A stretch of DNA of 62,212 bases from a virus (Duplodnaviria > Caudoviricetes): positions 1 through 62,212 of the IMG/VR virus record IMGVR_UViG_3300025138_000039, one strand, 5' to 3'. Every line of letters begins with the position of its first letter. The stretch's first letter is position 1. A program made the translations under genes and the position numbers. The notes beneath the pieces were generated by a model. The model made no database searches and had not been told where the DNA came from. It worked only from the letters and a program-made list of their open reading frames with translations. This document shows positions 27,161-37,161 of this stretch, in pieces.

Positions 27161-27589
27161 ATGAGTTCAAATTTTTACACAGCTGGATTAAGCCACGTCG
27201 GTGCATACCAAGTAAGTGGAGTCCCATATCTTAGCGGCTCTAATATGCCGGGTGACCAAACTTCCTCATTAAGGTTTCAATTTCCATCTGTTTCTAAATC
27301 AATAACGGTTAAATCAAACTATGCGCACTCTATTCGTGTTCATTTTGCACCTTATACTGCTGGTCAACATGACTACGTCAAAGGTGCTGATAACAAAGAT
27401 AATTTTGTTACAATCGCATCGAGTGGCTCACAAACATTTGACGTGAAGTGTAAAGAGATTTTTATCTCAAGCACAAACAATGCTACAGCGACACAAGCCG
27501 TACAAGACGTTCAAATATACGCAGAACTTACTACAATCCCCAATGACAGAATGTTTAGTCTAGACAATGTAGAAGGGGTGGCAACCTAA
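27161..27589 (+). CDS. Beta-rich virion (decoration/spike-base-like) protein
   Basis: Paralog of the next gene: YT.GL...G.YQVSG.P, FP.V, CK.++I, LT.IP..RM+.L. Confidence 0.55.
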   Translation: MSSNFYTAGLSHVGAYQVSGVPYLSGSNMPGDQTSSLRFQFPSVSKSITVKSNYAHSIRVHFAPYTAGQHDYVKGADNKDNFVTIASSGSQTFDVKCKEIFISSTNNATATQAVQDVQIYAELTTIPNDRMFSLDNVEGVAT

Positions 27590-28635
27590 TGAGTTTTAAT
27601 TACACAACAGGTCTCAACAACATGGGGTCATATCAAGTATCTGGTCGACCATGGATGAAGAATCATGAGTTTACTGGTGTCGAGAGTAAGTTTTATGAAT
27701 TTCCAAATGTTACTGATTACATCAAAGTAATGAATGACGTTAATGGAACTAAGTCTGGTAACATAGATATCGTTTTCTGTGAGCCAAGACGGTCTGCGAA
27801 CATGCCCAATGTAAATGAATACTTGTCTACATCAATAATAGCCACGCGAGAAGTAACCTTGTCCATGTGGGTGAAGTTTGATGTTCTGGCTAATCCAACT
27901 CCTGGCGATGTAAGAATCGCTAATTTTACTGGAACAGGCGTGGACATCAGGGTGCAAACTAGACTTGTAGATGAAATTAGAACTGTTGTATCCAGCGGAG
28001 GAACACAAACTCAAACCACAACAACAAGTCCTCTTGTTGTAGATGAATGGTTTAATATGATATTTGTAGTTAAAAGCGGCGATTCAAAAATTTATTTAAA
28101 TGGACAATTGCTAACAGAAACAGTTAATACTCAAACGATTGGTGGCGACTTTGATAGTCTATCTTTGGGATCGACATCATCCAATAACGATGGCTCATAT
28201 TCAAACATATACTTGTTTAACCGTGCACTGACCGAAAGTGAAATTGCAAAAGTGTATAATGGATCATACAAAACATCACCGGACAACTCAAGCATTATTC
28301 CGGATCTAACTTCTTGGTGGGCTTTCGAAGACAATAATTATAAAACTTTCTTCACTACGGCAGATACTACAACAACAATATTTGATAGAGTATCCTCTAA
28401 CAACCTTGTGCTTAACTCTGGGGCTTTACTTTTTGAAGACGGCTATCAATTAGACAACGCACTTTCACATCACAAAATTACTCTTGTTGATCAACAAGAA
28501 ATAACGTTAAACTGCAAAGCAAAGCAAATCTTTCTAAGATCTACTGCCGATGCGGATGTTAGTATTTGCGCTGGACTCACTGCAATCCCAGCTGAAAGAA
28601 TGTATGAATTAACTGGACCGGGAATCGATGAGTAA
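27589..28635 (+). CDS. Virion protein with inserted LamG/concanavalin-A-like domain
   Basis: TLSMWVK, EWFNMIFV, IYLNGQL, IYLFNRALTESEIAKVY, flanked by halves homologous to the 27161 gene. Confidence 0.75.
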   Translation: MSFNYTTGLNNMGSYQVSGRPWMKNHEFTGVESKFYEFPNVTDYIKVMNDVNGTKSGNIDIVFCEPRRSANMPNVNEYLSTSIIATREVTLSMWVKFDVLANPTPGDVRIANFTGTGVDIRVQTRLVDEIRTVVSSGGTQTQTTTTSPLVVDEWFNMIFVVKSGDSKIYLNGQLLTETVNTQTIGGDFDSLSLGSTSSNNDGSYSNIYLFNRALTESEIAKVYNGSYKTSPDNSSIIPDLTSWWAFEDNNYKTFFTTADTTTTIFDRVSSNNLVLNSGALLFEDGYQLDNALSHHKITLVDQQEITLNCKAKQIFLRSTADADVSICAGLTAIPAERMYELTGPGIDE

Positions 28636-30956
28636 TGGCGAAGGAATTTGGATGGGCATACGTTGCTGGTACGCAAGCTTCCGGACCTAAAGGTTCGGTT
28701 CAACTTGCTGGTATCACGACTGCATTAGAGCACGACCCTAACCTTCTATGGTCAGACGAAGAGAACGCTTTGATGGTGTCTGGGAATATCATTGCCCACA
28801 ACTTCGAGATTCAAAACCAAACCAAAACAGTATTTCATTTTGAAGTTTCCGGATCTTCAATCTTTGGAGACACCGAAGATGACTTGCACCAATTTACTGG
28901 TTCTCTAAATATTACAGGGAACGTTTCGGCATCAGCCTTTTATGGCTGGGGTGGAGACCTTGATGGTGTGCCGATCAATTATTACACTAATCAAGGTGAC
29001 AATAGAATCGTAACATCAGTTAGTGGAGACACCGTCAATGCAGAAGCAAATCTTCTATTCGATGGTACATTACTCTCAGTCACGGGAAATGTCCAAGCAT
29101 TGGAAGTAAAAGCTGATGAGGTTAGCGGAACATTGGGTTTCTTTGAAGATGTAGCCATGGAAACATTGTCTGCAAATGAAATAACCTCATCCGCATTAAC
29201 ATCTAATACCGCAGTAATCCCCAACACAACCTTGGGTGACGTCATTCTCACAGGACGTATCGTGGATGTAAATGGAAATGTTATATTGGGAACTCCAACT
29301 GCGCAAACAGAATTCAACATCTCATCAAACAGCAATGGTCAAACGCAAATTGCTAGCAATAACTTTAGCAATGTTAATAGCACCAATGCAGTCGGAATGG
29401 ATTTCGCAGTAATCAATGAAGGATTAGCTGTTGCGACAAACAGATTTTTCGTAGGCTCAGCCGGCAAATCTGGTTTCGGAACAAACGACCCCGAAAAGAA
29501 AGTCGAAATATATGACCCAACTGGTACACAGTTGAGACTATCTTCAGTTGGTGCAGACCAAATTGTAAACGGTGGAGTCTTATTTAATCCAACACGCCAC
29601 CACACAGACTTAACAACTGATTCCACTGGTGCGTTCTCAATAATGCCTACAGCACAAAAGTTAGGTATCAACACCACATCGCCAGAACATGCACTAGATG
29701 TCTCCGGAGATGCAAGAATAACTGGAAACCTTATAGTGTCGGGCACACTCACAGCACACACTACAGACTTTGTAGTCTCAGCTGATACTTTAACATTCGG
29801 AGATGAAGCCAGCGACACAATTATAATGAACGCAAGCACAATCTCAACTCCCAATGGTTTAGTTATTGACAACAGCTTCTACATGCAAAGTGGAACAGTT
29901 GGTGTTGGAAACTATGCAACATCCAAATTTGGTGTATCAGCAACCGCAAATCAGTTTTCTGTTGGAGATGGAACCAAGACACTCTCTATTAACGTCGAGA
30001 ATAGTTCTACAACACTTTCAACAAACTCTACGACACTAGACATAGCAAACTCAACAAACGTTCTTGGTGAGCTTGTGGTAGGCTCTAATGGCGACATAGT
30101 TCTTAATAACATTGGAGAAGTTTCTTCCTCTGTTTCTGTGTCCTCACATTTGGGTCACTTTACAAATATTACATCGAACACCATAACGAATGGAAACACT
30201 ACAGTCAATAGCGACAACATTGTGACTCCAACTCTTGATGCAACAACAGTAAACTCCACAAACCTTGGAGGTACGCTTAGTACAGCAGCACAACCGAACG
30301 TAACAAGTTTAGGAACACTAACTTCACTTAATGTTGCGAATGCAGCATCTATCGGTGGAGGGTTGAATGTTGGGTCTTCAATCGCTGTGGGTACAAACTC
30401 TGCTTCTAGAAAAGTCGAGATCAAAGATTCTAATCCTCAAATGAGATTGACAAACACAGATGCTGTTTTCGGACTATCAAGTCATACATATGCAGATTTG
30501 CATGTGCAACCAACTGGGGATTTATCTCTCCTACCATCCTCCGGCAAAGTAATCATACCTCAATTGAACCTGTCAAACATTCCAGAAGGAAGTTCATTCA
30601 AGCATCTATCTCTTGATCAAAATGGGAACGTAGTCATATCTCCAAACTTGCAACATGGAATAGAGGTTAGATCGAGAGTCATAGCAACTCAAGATTACCA
30701 AGTCCAAACAAGTGATTACTTCGTAGGTCTCCAATCACAACAAAACCTGATAATTACACTGCCTGATGCTAGCAACCTTATCAATGGACAAATATTTATC
30801 ATAACTGATGAGCTTGCGAACGCACAAGTCCACAATCTAGTAATTCAAACAACTAATAATCAAACTATCGATGGCCAATCACAGCTTACAATTGTGTCTC
30901 CTAGGTCGTCGATAAGCATGTATACCGATGGACAATCTAGTTTCTTCTTGTTCTAA
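28635..30956 (+). CDS. Fibre/spike protein
   Basis: S/T/N/G-rich; GINTTSPEHALDVSG-type fibre repeats; TAAQPNVTSLGTL; C-terminal TLP...IDG domain. Confidence 0.75.
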   Translation: MAKEFGWAYVAGTQASGPKGSVQLAGITTALEHDPNLLWSDEENALMVSGNIIAHNFEIQNQTKTVFHFEVSGSSIFGDTEDDLHQFTGSLNITGNVSASAFYGWGGDLDGVPINYYTNQGDNRIVTSVSGDTVNAEANLLFDGTLLSVTGNVQALEVKADEVSGTLGFFEDVAMETLSANEITSSALTSNTAVIPNTTLGDVILTGRIVDVNGNVILGTPTAQTEFNISSNSNGQTQIASNNFSNVNSTNAVGMDFAVINEGLAVATNRFFVGSAGKSGFGTNDPEKKVEIYDPTGTQLRLSSVGADQIVNGGVLFNPTRHHTDLTTDSTGAFSIMPTAQKLGINTTSPEHALDVSGDARITGNLIVSGTLTAHTTDFVVSADTLTFGDEASDTIIMNASTISTPNGLVIDNSFYMQSGTVGVGNYATSKFGVSATANQFSVGDGTKTLSINVENSSTTLSTNSTTLDIANSTNVLGELVVGSNGDIVLNNIGEVSSSVSVSSHLGHFTNITSNTITNGNTTVNSDNIVTPTLDATTVNSTNLGGTLSTAAQPNVTSLGTLTSLNVANAASIGGGLNVGSSIAVGTNSASRKVEIKDSNPQMRLTNTDAVFGLSSHTYADLHVQPTGDLSLLPSSGKVIIPQLNLSNIPEGSSFKHLSLDQNGNVVISPNLQHGIEVRSRVIATQDYQVQTSDYFVGLQSQQNLIITLPDASNLINGQIFIITDELANAQVHNLVIQTTNNQTIDGQSQLTIVSPRSSISMYTDGQSSFFLF

Positions 30957-31143
30957 TCTTCTACTTCATCGGTAGTAGCGATATTATAGAAGGATAATTT
31001 TTTTTTCAATGTTTCGAAAGCTTAATTAAAAACTGTTTAATATTTATATTCTTTTAAGTTTTTTAAGGTGTAGTTATGTGTAGCTCTTCGTCCGCCTATG
31101 ATGAGACGTTGAGCACATTATATTCTTAATGGAGGAATAAATA

Positions 31144-34100
31144 ATGGCTAATAATTTTCACAATGGAGTTATCGTATATGACGCACAAGTTGCTAAATTC
31201 GATATGACTCTCATGGCCTCTGAGAACATTGACTTTCCAAGCAATGTTATCAAGGACCTTAACTATCTGGCTGCTGACGTAGTCTACGAATTTGATGCGT
31301 CTTTTGACATCGGTACAATCCGTCAAGGCGACTTGCAAAAATTGTCTCGCATGGGTCACATCCAAGCTGCTAAGGACTTCACTGCTGCTGAAGCACTTGC
31401 TGCTGAACAAGCTCGTCTTGGCTTAAAAGGACAAATGGAAGCTTATGCTGATCAAGCTGAAGCTGACGCTATCTCTTCTGCTGGTGCTTACACTGATGGA
31501 CGCGAAGTTGTTCTTCAAGGTAACATCAATGCTGAAGCTGCAAGAGCTACTGCTGCTGAAGGTGCAAACGCTTTGGCTCACAGTACTTTCAAAGCTGCTC
31601 AAGAAACTTTCAATGGCGACATTGGAATGGAAGTAACCACTCACAAAACTGAACGTGTTGCTGCTGATGCAATTTTGACTGCTGGTTTGGCTCAAGAAGT
31701 TACAGATCGTACTGCTGCAGTTAACGGTGTTACTGTTTCTTTGGCAACTGAAGCTGCTACAGCTCGTGCTGCTGAAGGTGTTTTAACAGCTGATTTGGCT
31801 TCTCAAGTTGCTCTTCAAGCTGCTTATAAAACATCTAACGATGCTGCTCTTGCTCTTGAAACACAAAACAGAATGAATGCTGATGCATTCGAAGCTGGAG
31901 TTTCAGCGACTGACCGTGGAGCAATTCGTTCTGAAATTGCTGCTGCTAAAGTTATTGACGATGCTGCGATGGCTTCAGAAGCTGCTGCTCGTATCGCTGC
32001 TGATGCAACTTTGACTTCTGGTCTTGCTGCTCAAGTATCTAAGGAAGCTGCATATGAAGTATCTAATGATGCTGCATTGGCTGCTCAGGTTGCAAAAGAA
32101 GCTGCTTATGAAGTATCTAATGATTCTGCTCTTGCTGCTCAAGTAGCTAAAGAAGCTGCTTATGAAACATCTAACGATGCTGCGTTAGCTGCTCAAGTTG
32201 CTAAGCAAGCTGCTGATAAAGCTGCTGCTGAAGCTGCTGTTGTTGCTGCAAAAGCTGCTGCTGATGCATTATTGGTATCTGCGAAAGCTGAAGCTGATGC
32301 AAAAGTTGAAATCGAAGAAGCTCGTATTGACGCAATCTTATTAGCATCTGATGCTGATAAAGATTCATTTGCTGAAATCGTTACTTTGATCAACGCTGTT
32401 GATACACAAAATGATGCAGATGTTGCTGCTGTTATCTCTAGTTTGAATGCAGAAATTGCATCTACAAACAGTGATATCGCTGAAGCTGCAACTGCTCGTG
32501 GTGCGATTCAAGCTGATGTTGATGCTAACGAAGTTGCATCTGATGCATCATTCGCTGCTGCTGCGACTGCACGTGCTGCAATTATCACCCAACATGGTGC
32601 TGATGATGCTGCTGCTGCAACTGCTCGTGGTGGAATTCAATCTGCTCTTGACGCTCAAGAAGCTAAGCAAGAAAGTGAAAGAGCCGCTATGGACACTGCA
32701 TACAAAGCTGCTGATGCAACTTTGACTGCTGGATTGTCTGCTGAGCAAACACGTGCTGAAGCTGCTGAAGGTGTGTTGACTGCTGGTTTGTCTGCACAAG
32801 TTGCTAAAGAAGCTGCATATGAAGTATCTAATGATGCTGCACTTGCTCTTGAGACACAAAACAGAATGTCTGCTGATGCATTCGAAGCTGGAGTCGCTCT
32901 TGCGGGTCGTAATGCTATCCAAGCTGATGTAGATGCTAACGAAGCAGCTGCTTTAGCTGGACGTCAAGCTATTCAGGCTGATGTAGATCAAAATGAAGCT
33001 GATGCTGACGCATCATTCGCTGCTGCAGCAACTGCTCGTGCAAGCGAAGCTACTACAGCCCGTGCTGCTGAAGCTGCAAATGCTTCTGCAATTTCTGCTG
33101 AAGAAGCTGGAAGACTTGCTGGTGACTCTGCTATTCGTGGTGGTTTCGCTGGTTCTATGCAAGGTCTCGATCAAGCAATCGGTACTAACAAATCTGATTT
33201 TGAAGCTGCTGATGCAACTTTAACTGCTGGTTTGTCTGCTGAACAAGCACGTGCCGAAGCTGCTGAGGGTGTTTTAACTGCTGGATTAGCTGCTGAGCTT
33301 ATCGCTCGTGCTGCTGGTGATGCAGGTCTTCAAGGTCAAATCAACACAGTTGACGGAAAAGTTGACGGTGAAAAAGTTCGTGCTGAAGCTGCTGAACTTT
33401 CATTGTCTAATGGTTTGTCTGCTGAACAACAACGCGCTGAAGCTGCAGAACTTGTTTTGACTAATGGTTTGGCTGCTGAAGTTGCTGATCGTGGAGCTGC
33501 TGATACAGCTGCTGCATCTTTCAACTTGGCTGCTCGTAATGCTATCCAAGCTGACGTTGACGCTAACGAAGCTTCTGCTTCTGGTTCTTTCGCATCTGCT
33601 TCTGCAGGTCGTGGTGTAATTGCTGCTGGTTTGGCTCAAGAGCTTCTTGACCGTGCTGCTGGTGATGTTTCAACTTTGGCTTCTGCTAAGTCTTACACTG
33701 ACGCTGAAATTGCTACAATGCAAGCTTCTTTGGACGCTGAAATTGCTGCGACTAATGCTGACTTCTTGGCTGCTGAACAAGCTCGTATCGGTATGAACAC
33801 TCAGTTGACTGCTGATATCGCTACTGCTAAGTCTCAAGCTATCGCTCACACTGACGCTGCTGTTGCTGGTCTTGTAGATTCTGCACCTGCGATGTTGGAT
33901 ACTTTGAACGAATTGGCTGCTGCTATCGGTGACGATCAGAACTTTGCTGCTACTGTTGCTGGTGATATCGCTACTGCTAAAGCTGCTCTTGAAGCAGAGG
34001 TTGATGCTGTTGAAGCTGCATTGTCTGCACACGAAGCTGCTAATGTAGTTTCTTTCGGTGCTGCAACAACTGACCGTGCTGCGATCCGTTCTGAGTTGGC

Positions 34101-34698
34101 TTCTGAAAAAGCTACTTTACAAGCTGAATTTGCTGCTGCTGATGCAGTTGTAACTGCTGCTTACGAATCTGCTGATCTTGCTATGAAGACTGGTCTTGAA
34201 AGCGATATCTTTGATGAAATCGCTGAACGTGTTGCTGGTGACTCGGCTTTGGATGCTGCATATAAAGCTGCTGATTCTGCTGAAGTGTCTGCTCGTATTG
34301 CTGGTGATAACGCATTGACTGCTTCTTTGAATTCTGAAGTTGCTCGTGCTTCTGGTGTCGAGGCTCAATTGCAAAGCAAAATTACTGATATGCATGATGG
34401 TGAAACCACTGTTAACTTCATTTCTAATGCGGTTGCTTCGGCTTCTATCACAATGCCTAACGGTTTCGCACATCAGATTGTTTCTAACTCTGGTGCTTCT
34501 GCTGTAGCTACATTGCCTGTTTTGGGTGCAAACTTCAAAATGACTTTGTCTTTGGCTGCTGCTGCTGGTTCTGAAGCAATGGAATTCCATGCTCCTGCTG
34601 GAATGGTTATTGATGGCGAAGCTGATGCTAAGATCACTCTTTACCCTGGCTCTTCTGTTACTTTCCTTGAGAACGCTGGCGTATACTACATGGTATAA
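31144..34698 (+). CDS. Long Ala-rich coiled-coil fibre protein
   Basis: E.ARA.AAEGVL repeats; fibre motifs DKDSFAEIV and LVDSAPAMLDTLNELAAAIGDDQNFA; GGAGG RBS. Confidence 0.8.
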   Translation: MANNFHNGVIVYDAQVAKFDMTLMASENIDFPSNVIKDLNYLAADVVYEFDASFDIGTIRQGDLQKLSRMGHIQAAKDFTAAEALAAEQARLGLKGQMEAYADQAEADAISSAGAYTDGREVVLQGNINAEAARATAAEGANALAHSTFKAAQETFNGDIGMEVTTHKTERVAADAILTAGLAQEVTDRTAAVNGVTVSLATEAATARAAEGVLTADLASQVALQAAYKTSNDAALALETQNRMNADAFEAGVSATDRGAIRSEIAAAKVIDDAAMASEAAARIAADATLTSGLAAQVSKEAAYEVSNDAALAAQVAKEAAYEVSNDSALAAQVAKEAAYETSNDAALAAQVAKQAADKAAAEAAVVAAKAAADALLVSAKAEADAKVEIEEARIDAILLASDADKDSFAEIVTLINAVDTQNDADVAAVISSLNAEIASTNSDIAEAATARGAIQADVDANEVASDASFAAAATARAAIITQHGADDAAAATARGGIQSALDAQEAKQESERAAMDTAYKAADATLTAGLSAEQTRAEAAEGVLTAGLSAQVAKEAAYEVSNDAALALETQNRMSADAFEAGVALAGRNAIQADVDANEAAALAGRQAIQADVDQNEADADASFAAAATARASEATTARAAEAANASAISAEEAGRLAGDSAIRGGFAGSMQGLDQAIGTNKSDFEAADATLTAGLSAEQARAEAAEGVLTAGLAAELIARAAGDAGLQGQINTVDGKVDGEKVRAEAAELSLSNGLSAEQQRAEAAELVLTNGLAAEVADRGAADTAAASFNLAARNAIQADVDANEASASGSFASASAGRGVIAAGLAQELLDRAAGDVSTLASAKSYTDAEIATMQASLDAEIAATNADFLAAEQARIGMNTQLTADIATAKSQAIAHTDAAVAGLVDSAPAMLDTLNELAAAIGDDQNFAATVAGDIATAKAALEAEVDAVEAALSAHEAANVVSFGAATTDRAAIRSELASEKATLQAEFAAADAVVTAAYESADLAMKTGLESDIFDEIAERVAGDSALDAAYKAADSAEVSARIAGDNALTASLNSEVARASGVEAQLQSKITDMHDGETTVNFISNAVASASITMPNGFAHQIVSNSGASAVATLPVLGANFKMTLSLAAAAGSEAMEFHAPAGMVIDGEADAKITLYPGSSVTFLENAGVYYMV
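32026..32205 (+). repeat. About 3.3 tandem 54-bp repeats (AAQVxKEAAYEVSNDAAL)
   Basis: Visible in the translation; further dispersed copies near 31800 and 32790. Confidence 0.85.
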
Positions 34699-34743
34699 TA
34701 GCTAATTAGTTCGCAATTCTCAATGCTATTGAGCATTGCTCTT

Positions 34744-34778
34744 TGGCCTCGGGGAGAAATCTTCGAGGCCATTTTTTT
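34744..34778 (+). terminator. Intrinsic terminator
   Basis: TGGCCTCGGGGA-GAAA-TCTTCGAGGCCA followed by a T run. Confidence 0.9.
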
Positions 34779-34809
34779 AAGACACTTAACATTCATCGGA
34801 GGAAATAAA

Positions 34810-35259
34810 ATGTCTATGAAATTAAATAAAACAAATGCTGCACTAACTCAGCCAACCCCAACAACTGATGGTATGTTGGCTCAGGCGAATGGACAAGCAC
34901 AATCTGTAATCATCGTTGGCTTTGCTAATATCGATATTTACGGAAAACAAAACGGAGCATGGGCTTTGATTGATGAACTACGACCGCAATCGGATTTCAT
35001 GCTAATTGACGAATCAGCACATGATACATACGCCGTTGATTTATCGCAATATGAAGATGTGTACTTCGTATCTATATCTGGAAAAGAAGAAGTGATGAGA
35101 TACTTCTTTGTTGAAGATAGCGTTGTCGCACCAACCGTAGAGGGTTCGAAGGCCAACAAGCTTGAAGACATCTCTGATATGCCTGCATTTACCGTTGCTG
35201 ATGCAGGAAAGGTACTAACTGTTGATGCACTAGGAAGTTTAATCTGGGTTACCAGATAA
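34810..35259 (+). CDS. Virion protein; paralog of the N-terminus of the next gene
   Basis: ATG 34810 after GGAGG; IYG..G.W.L and GKVLTVDALGSLIW are shared with 35270. Confidence 0.6.
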   Translation: MSMKLNKTNAALTQPTPTTDGMLAQANGQAQSVIIVGFANIDIYGKQNGAWALIDELRPQSDFMLIDESAHDTYAVDLSQYEDVYFVSISGKEEVMRYFFVEDSVVAPTVEGSKANKLEDISDMPAFTVADAGKVLTVDALGSLIWVTR

Positions 35260-35269
35260 GGAGAACATC

Positions 35270-37027
35270 ATGAAAAAAACTACACACTTAAGAGAGACTG
35301 CATACTTGGTCCCTCCGCAAATTGCGGATGGTTTCGTCCCAACAGTGGGTTTTGACTACAAAATCTCAGTCAGTCTCCATGAAGTAGATGTCAAAATCTA
35401 CGGCTTTGATGGCCAAAGTTGGTCCTTATTACACAACACAGATGGTTTAATACCATCATACATAGCTGATATCCAGCATCAAAAATATTATTTAGAATCT
35501 AAAACAGGATCCGAGCAAACTGTTCGAGTTTCATTCTTATCTTCTGAGGATGAGGATTCTGGTATTAGAACAGGTGGTACACCCGGAAATACAAGATTCT
35601 ATGACATCGAAGAGATCCCAGTCTACAATGGTTCTCGAGATGGTGCGATGCTTACGGTCATGTCCGATGGTTCATTAGCTTGGTTGTTGGTAAATGAATC
35701 ATTCATAATCCCATCCGAGGGTGGAGAATCTAGTGGAGTTGTCGGATTGGAAGAAAATTCTGGTCTAACTCTGCATGGAAACGCACAACTTGTTGACGGA
35801 GTTCTATCTATAGATGGAACAGTGGGAACATATGCTTCTCTACCGCATTCTAGCGATTTCGATAGAGAGTCTGGGGACTTAACCATAAACATGTGGATTA
35901 AGGCAAATTCATTACCAAACAATTGGAATGCCGGTCTTGTGTCAAAAATGGGCAATGGTTGGGATGGATACATCACAGCTATCTCAACAATGCAAGCAGA
36001 TGCTGGAGGTAACATGACCTCTGGTGGGATGCAGACGACATCTTGGGGTGGGGGATCTAATCCAAATCCGAACAATCGTGCAGCACCACCAAGCGGTATC
36101 TCTTTGGATACTTGGCATCACGTTGCATATGTAATGCCCTCGACTGGGGATTACAAGATGTATTTCAACGGGCAAGAGGTTCACTCTTGGGTTCCAACCG
36201 GTAGAAACACTTCTACTACGGGCGACCTTAGAATTGGTGGATGGCAGAATGGATCTTACAGTGGATACTTCGATGGATACATTGACGGAGTCTCTATTCA
36301 GAAGACAGCTTTATCAGCTAGTGACATCTCCGGCTTGCACTCTGCAGGAAGGGAAGGGCAACCTTCTGGCGTTGGAACCTTCTTGGAAGAGTTCACAATG
36401 TTTGGTGGAGGAACAGTCACCGACGGAGTTCTTTCAACATCCGCTGCGACTCCTTCTTATTACAAGAAGTCTGCGATGACTGTACCGAGTACAACTGCAA
36501 CGACAGCAGTATTCTCAATGTGGTTCAATCCAGAGCAATCTCAAATGGGACTTTATTCAGATCAACACTATCCATCGCAAGTAACTTTCGGATTAAGAAT
36601 GTTTAATACTGGACTTCTACACATTTCAACACCAATTGGAACTAGCAATGGGGTTAGTTTGACAACACCTTTGACTCTTAACGAATGGCATCACGCCTTG
36701 GTTACTGTTGAAACGGATGTTGCTTACACTTCTACTAGCTCTAAATCTATGACTGTAAAATTGTTTATTGACGGCGAAGAAGTTTACACCAAAACCGGAA
36801 ACTCTTCCACCAAGAGAATCAGAGGTTACACTGGAATCCCTAATGGAACTAAGCACTACATAGGCGCTGAGAACTATAATGGATCCGTAAGTTATAAAGG
36901 CAATGGCCAATTTGACTTCGTGGAATGGGTTGATGACGTTACACTATCTGACGCTCAAATCTTAGCTATGTATAATGGCGGGACACGAGGTTGGTCTGTA
37001 TCTGATGCTAACAACTACACTCCTTAA
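35270..37027 (+). CDS. Virion protein with two LamG-like domains (receptor/glycan binding)
   Basis: TINMWIK, WHHVAYV, YFNGQ, LRIGG, FDGYIDGV; second copy FSMWFN, WHHALVT, LFIDG. Confidence 0.8.
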   Translation: MKKTTHLRETAYLVPPQIADGFVPTVGFDYKISVSLHEVDVKIYGFDGQSWSLLHNTDGLIPSYIADIQHQKYYLESKTGSEQTVRVSFLSSEDEDSGIRTGGTPGNTRFYDIEEIPVYNGSRDGAMLTVMSDGSLAWLLVNESFIIPSEGGESSGVVGLEENSGLTLHGNAQLVDGVLSIDGTVGTYASLPHSSDFDRESGDLTINMWIKANSLPNNWNAGLVSKMGNGWDGYITAISTMQADAGGNMTSGGMQTTSWGGGSNPNPNNRAAPPSGISLDTWHHVAYVMPSTGDYKMYFNGQEVHSWVPTGRNTSTTGDLRIGGWQNGSYSGYFDGYIDGVSIQKTALSASDISGLHSAGREGQPSGVGTFLEEFTMFGGGTVTDGVLSTSAATPSYYKKSAMTVPSTTATTAVFSMWFNPEQSQMGLYSDQHYPSQVTFGLRMFNTGLLHISTPIGTSNGVSLTTPLTLNEWHHALVTVETDVAYTSTSSKSMTVKLFIDGEEVYTKTGNSSTKRIRGYTGIPNGTKHYIGAENYNGSVSYKGNGQFDFVEWVDDVTLSDAQILAMYNGGTRGWSVSDANNYTP

Positions 37028-37053
37028 TTTCAATTAAGCTTTGAAACATATCT

Positions 37054-37089
37054 TGTCTCGGCGTGAAAGCGCTGAGGCATTTTCTTTTT
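37054..37089 (+). terminator. Intrinsic terminator
   Basis: TGTCTCGGCGT-GAAA-GCGCTGAGGCA followed by a T-rich tail. Confidence 0.85.
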
Positions 37090-37112
37090 GAGCTCTCTTT
37101 TGGACTTTAAAC

Positions 37113-37129
37113 TCTATTTACACTATTTA
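37113..37129 (+). promoter_or_regulatory. Tandem putative late promoters TCTATTTA/ACTATTTA
   Basis: Between a terminator and the scaffold-capsid genes. Confidence 0.65.
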
Positions 37130-37161
37130 TTGGAGAAAAACAAAATTCGGGAGATAAATTA

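Noticed and set aside
31090-31112. Hammerhead ribozyme (TGATGAG)
   Set aside because: Core reads CTATGATGA rather than CTGATGA, and no correctly placed GAAA or stem II is present
27589-37027. Diversity-generating retroelement acting on fibre genes
   Set aside because: No reverse transcriptase and no template/variable repeat pair differing at adenines was seen
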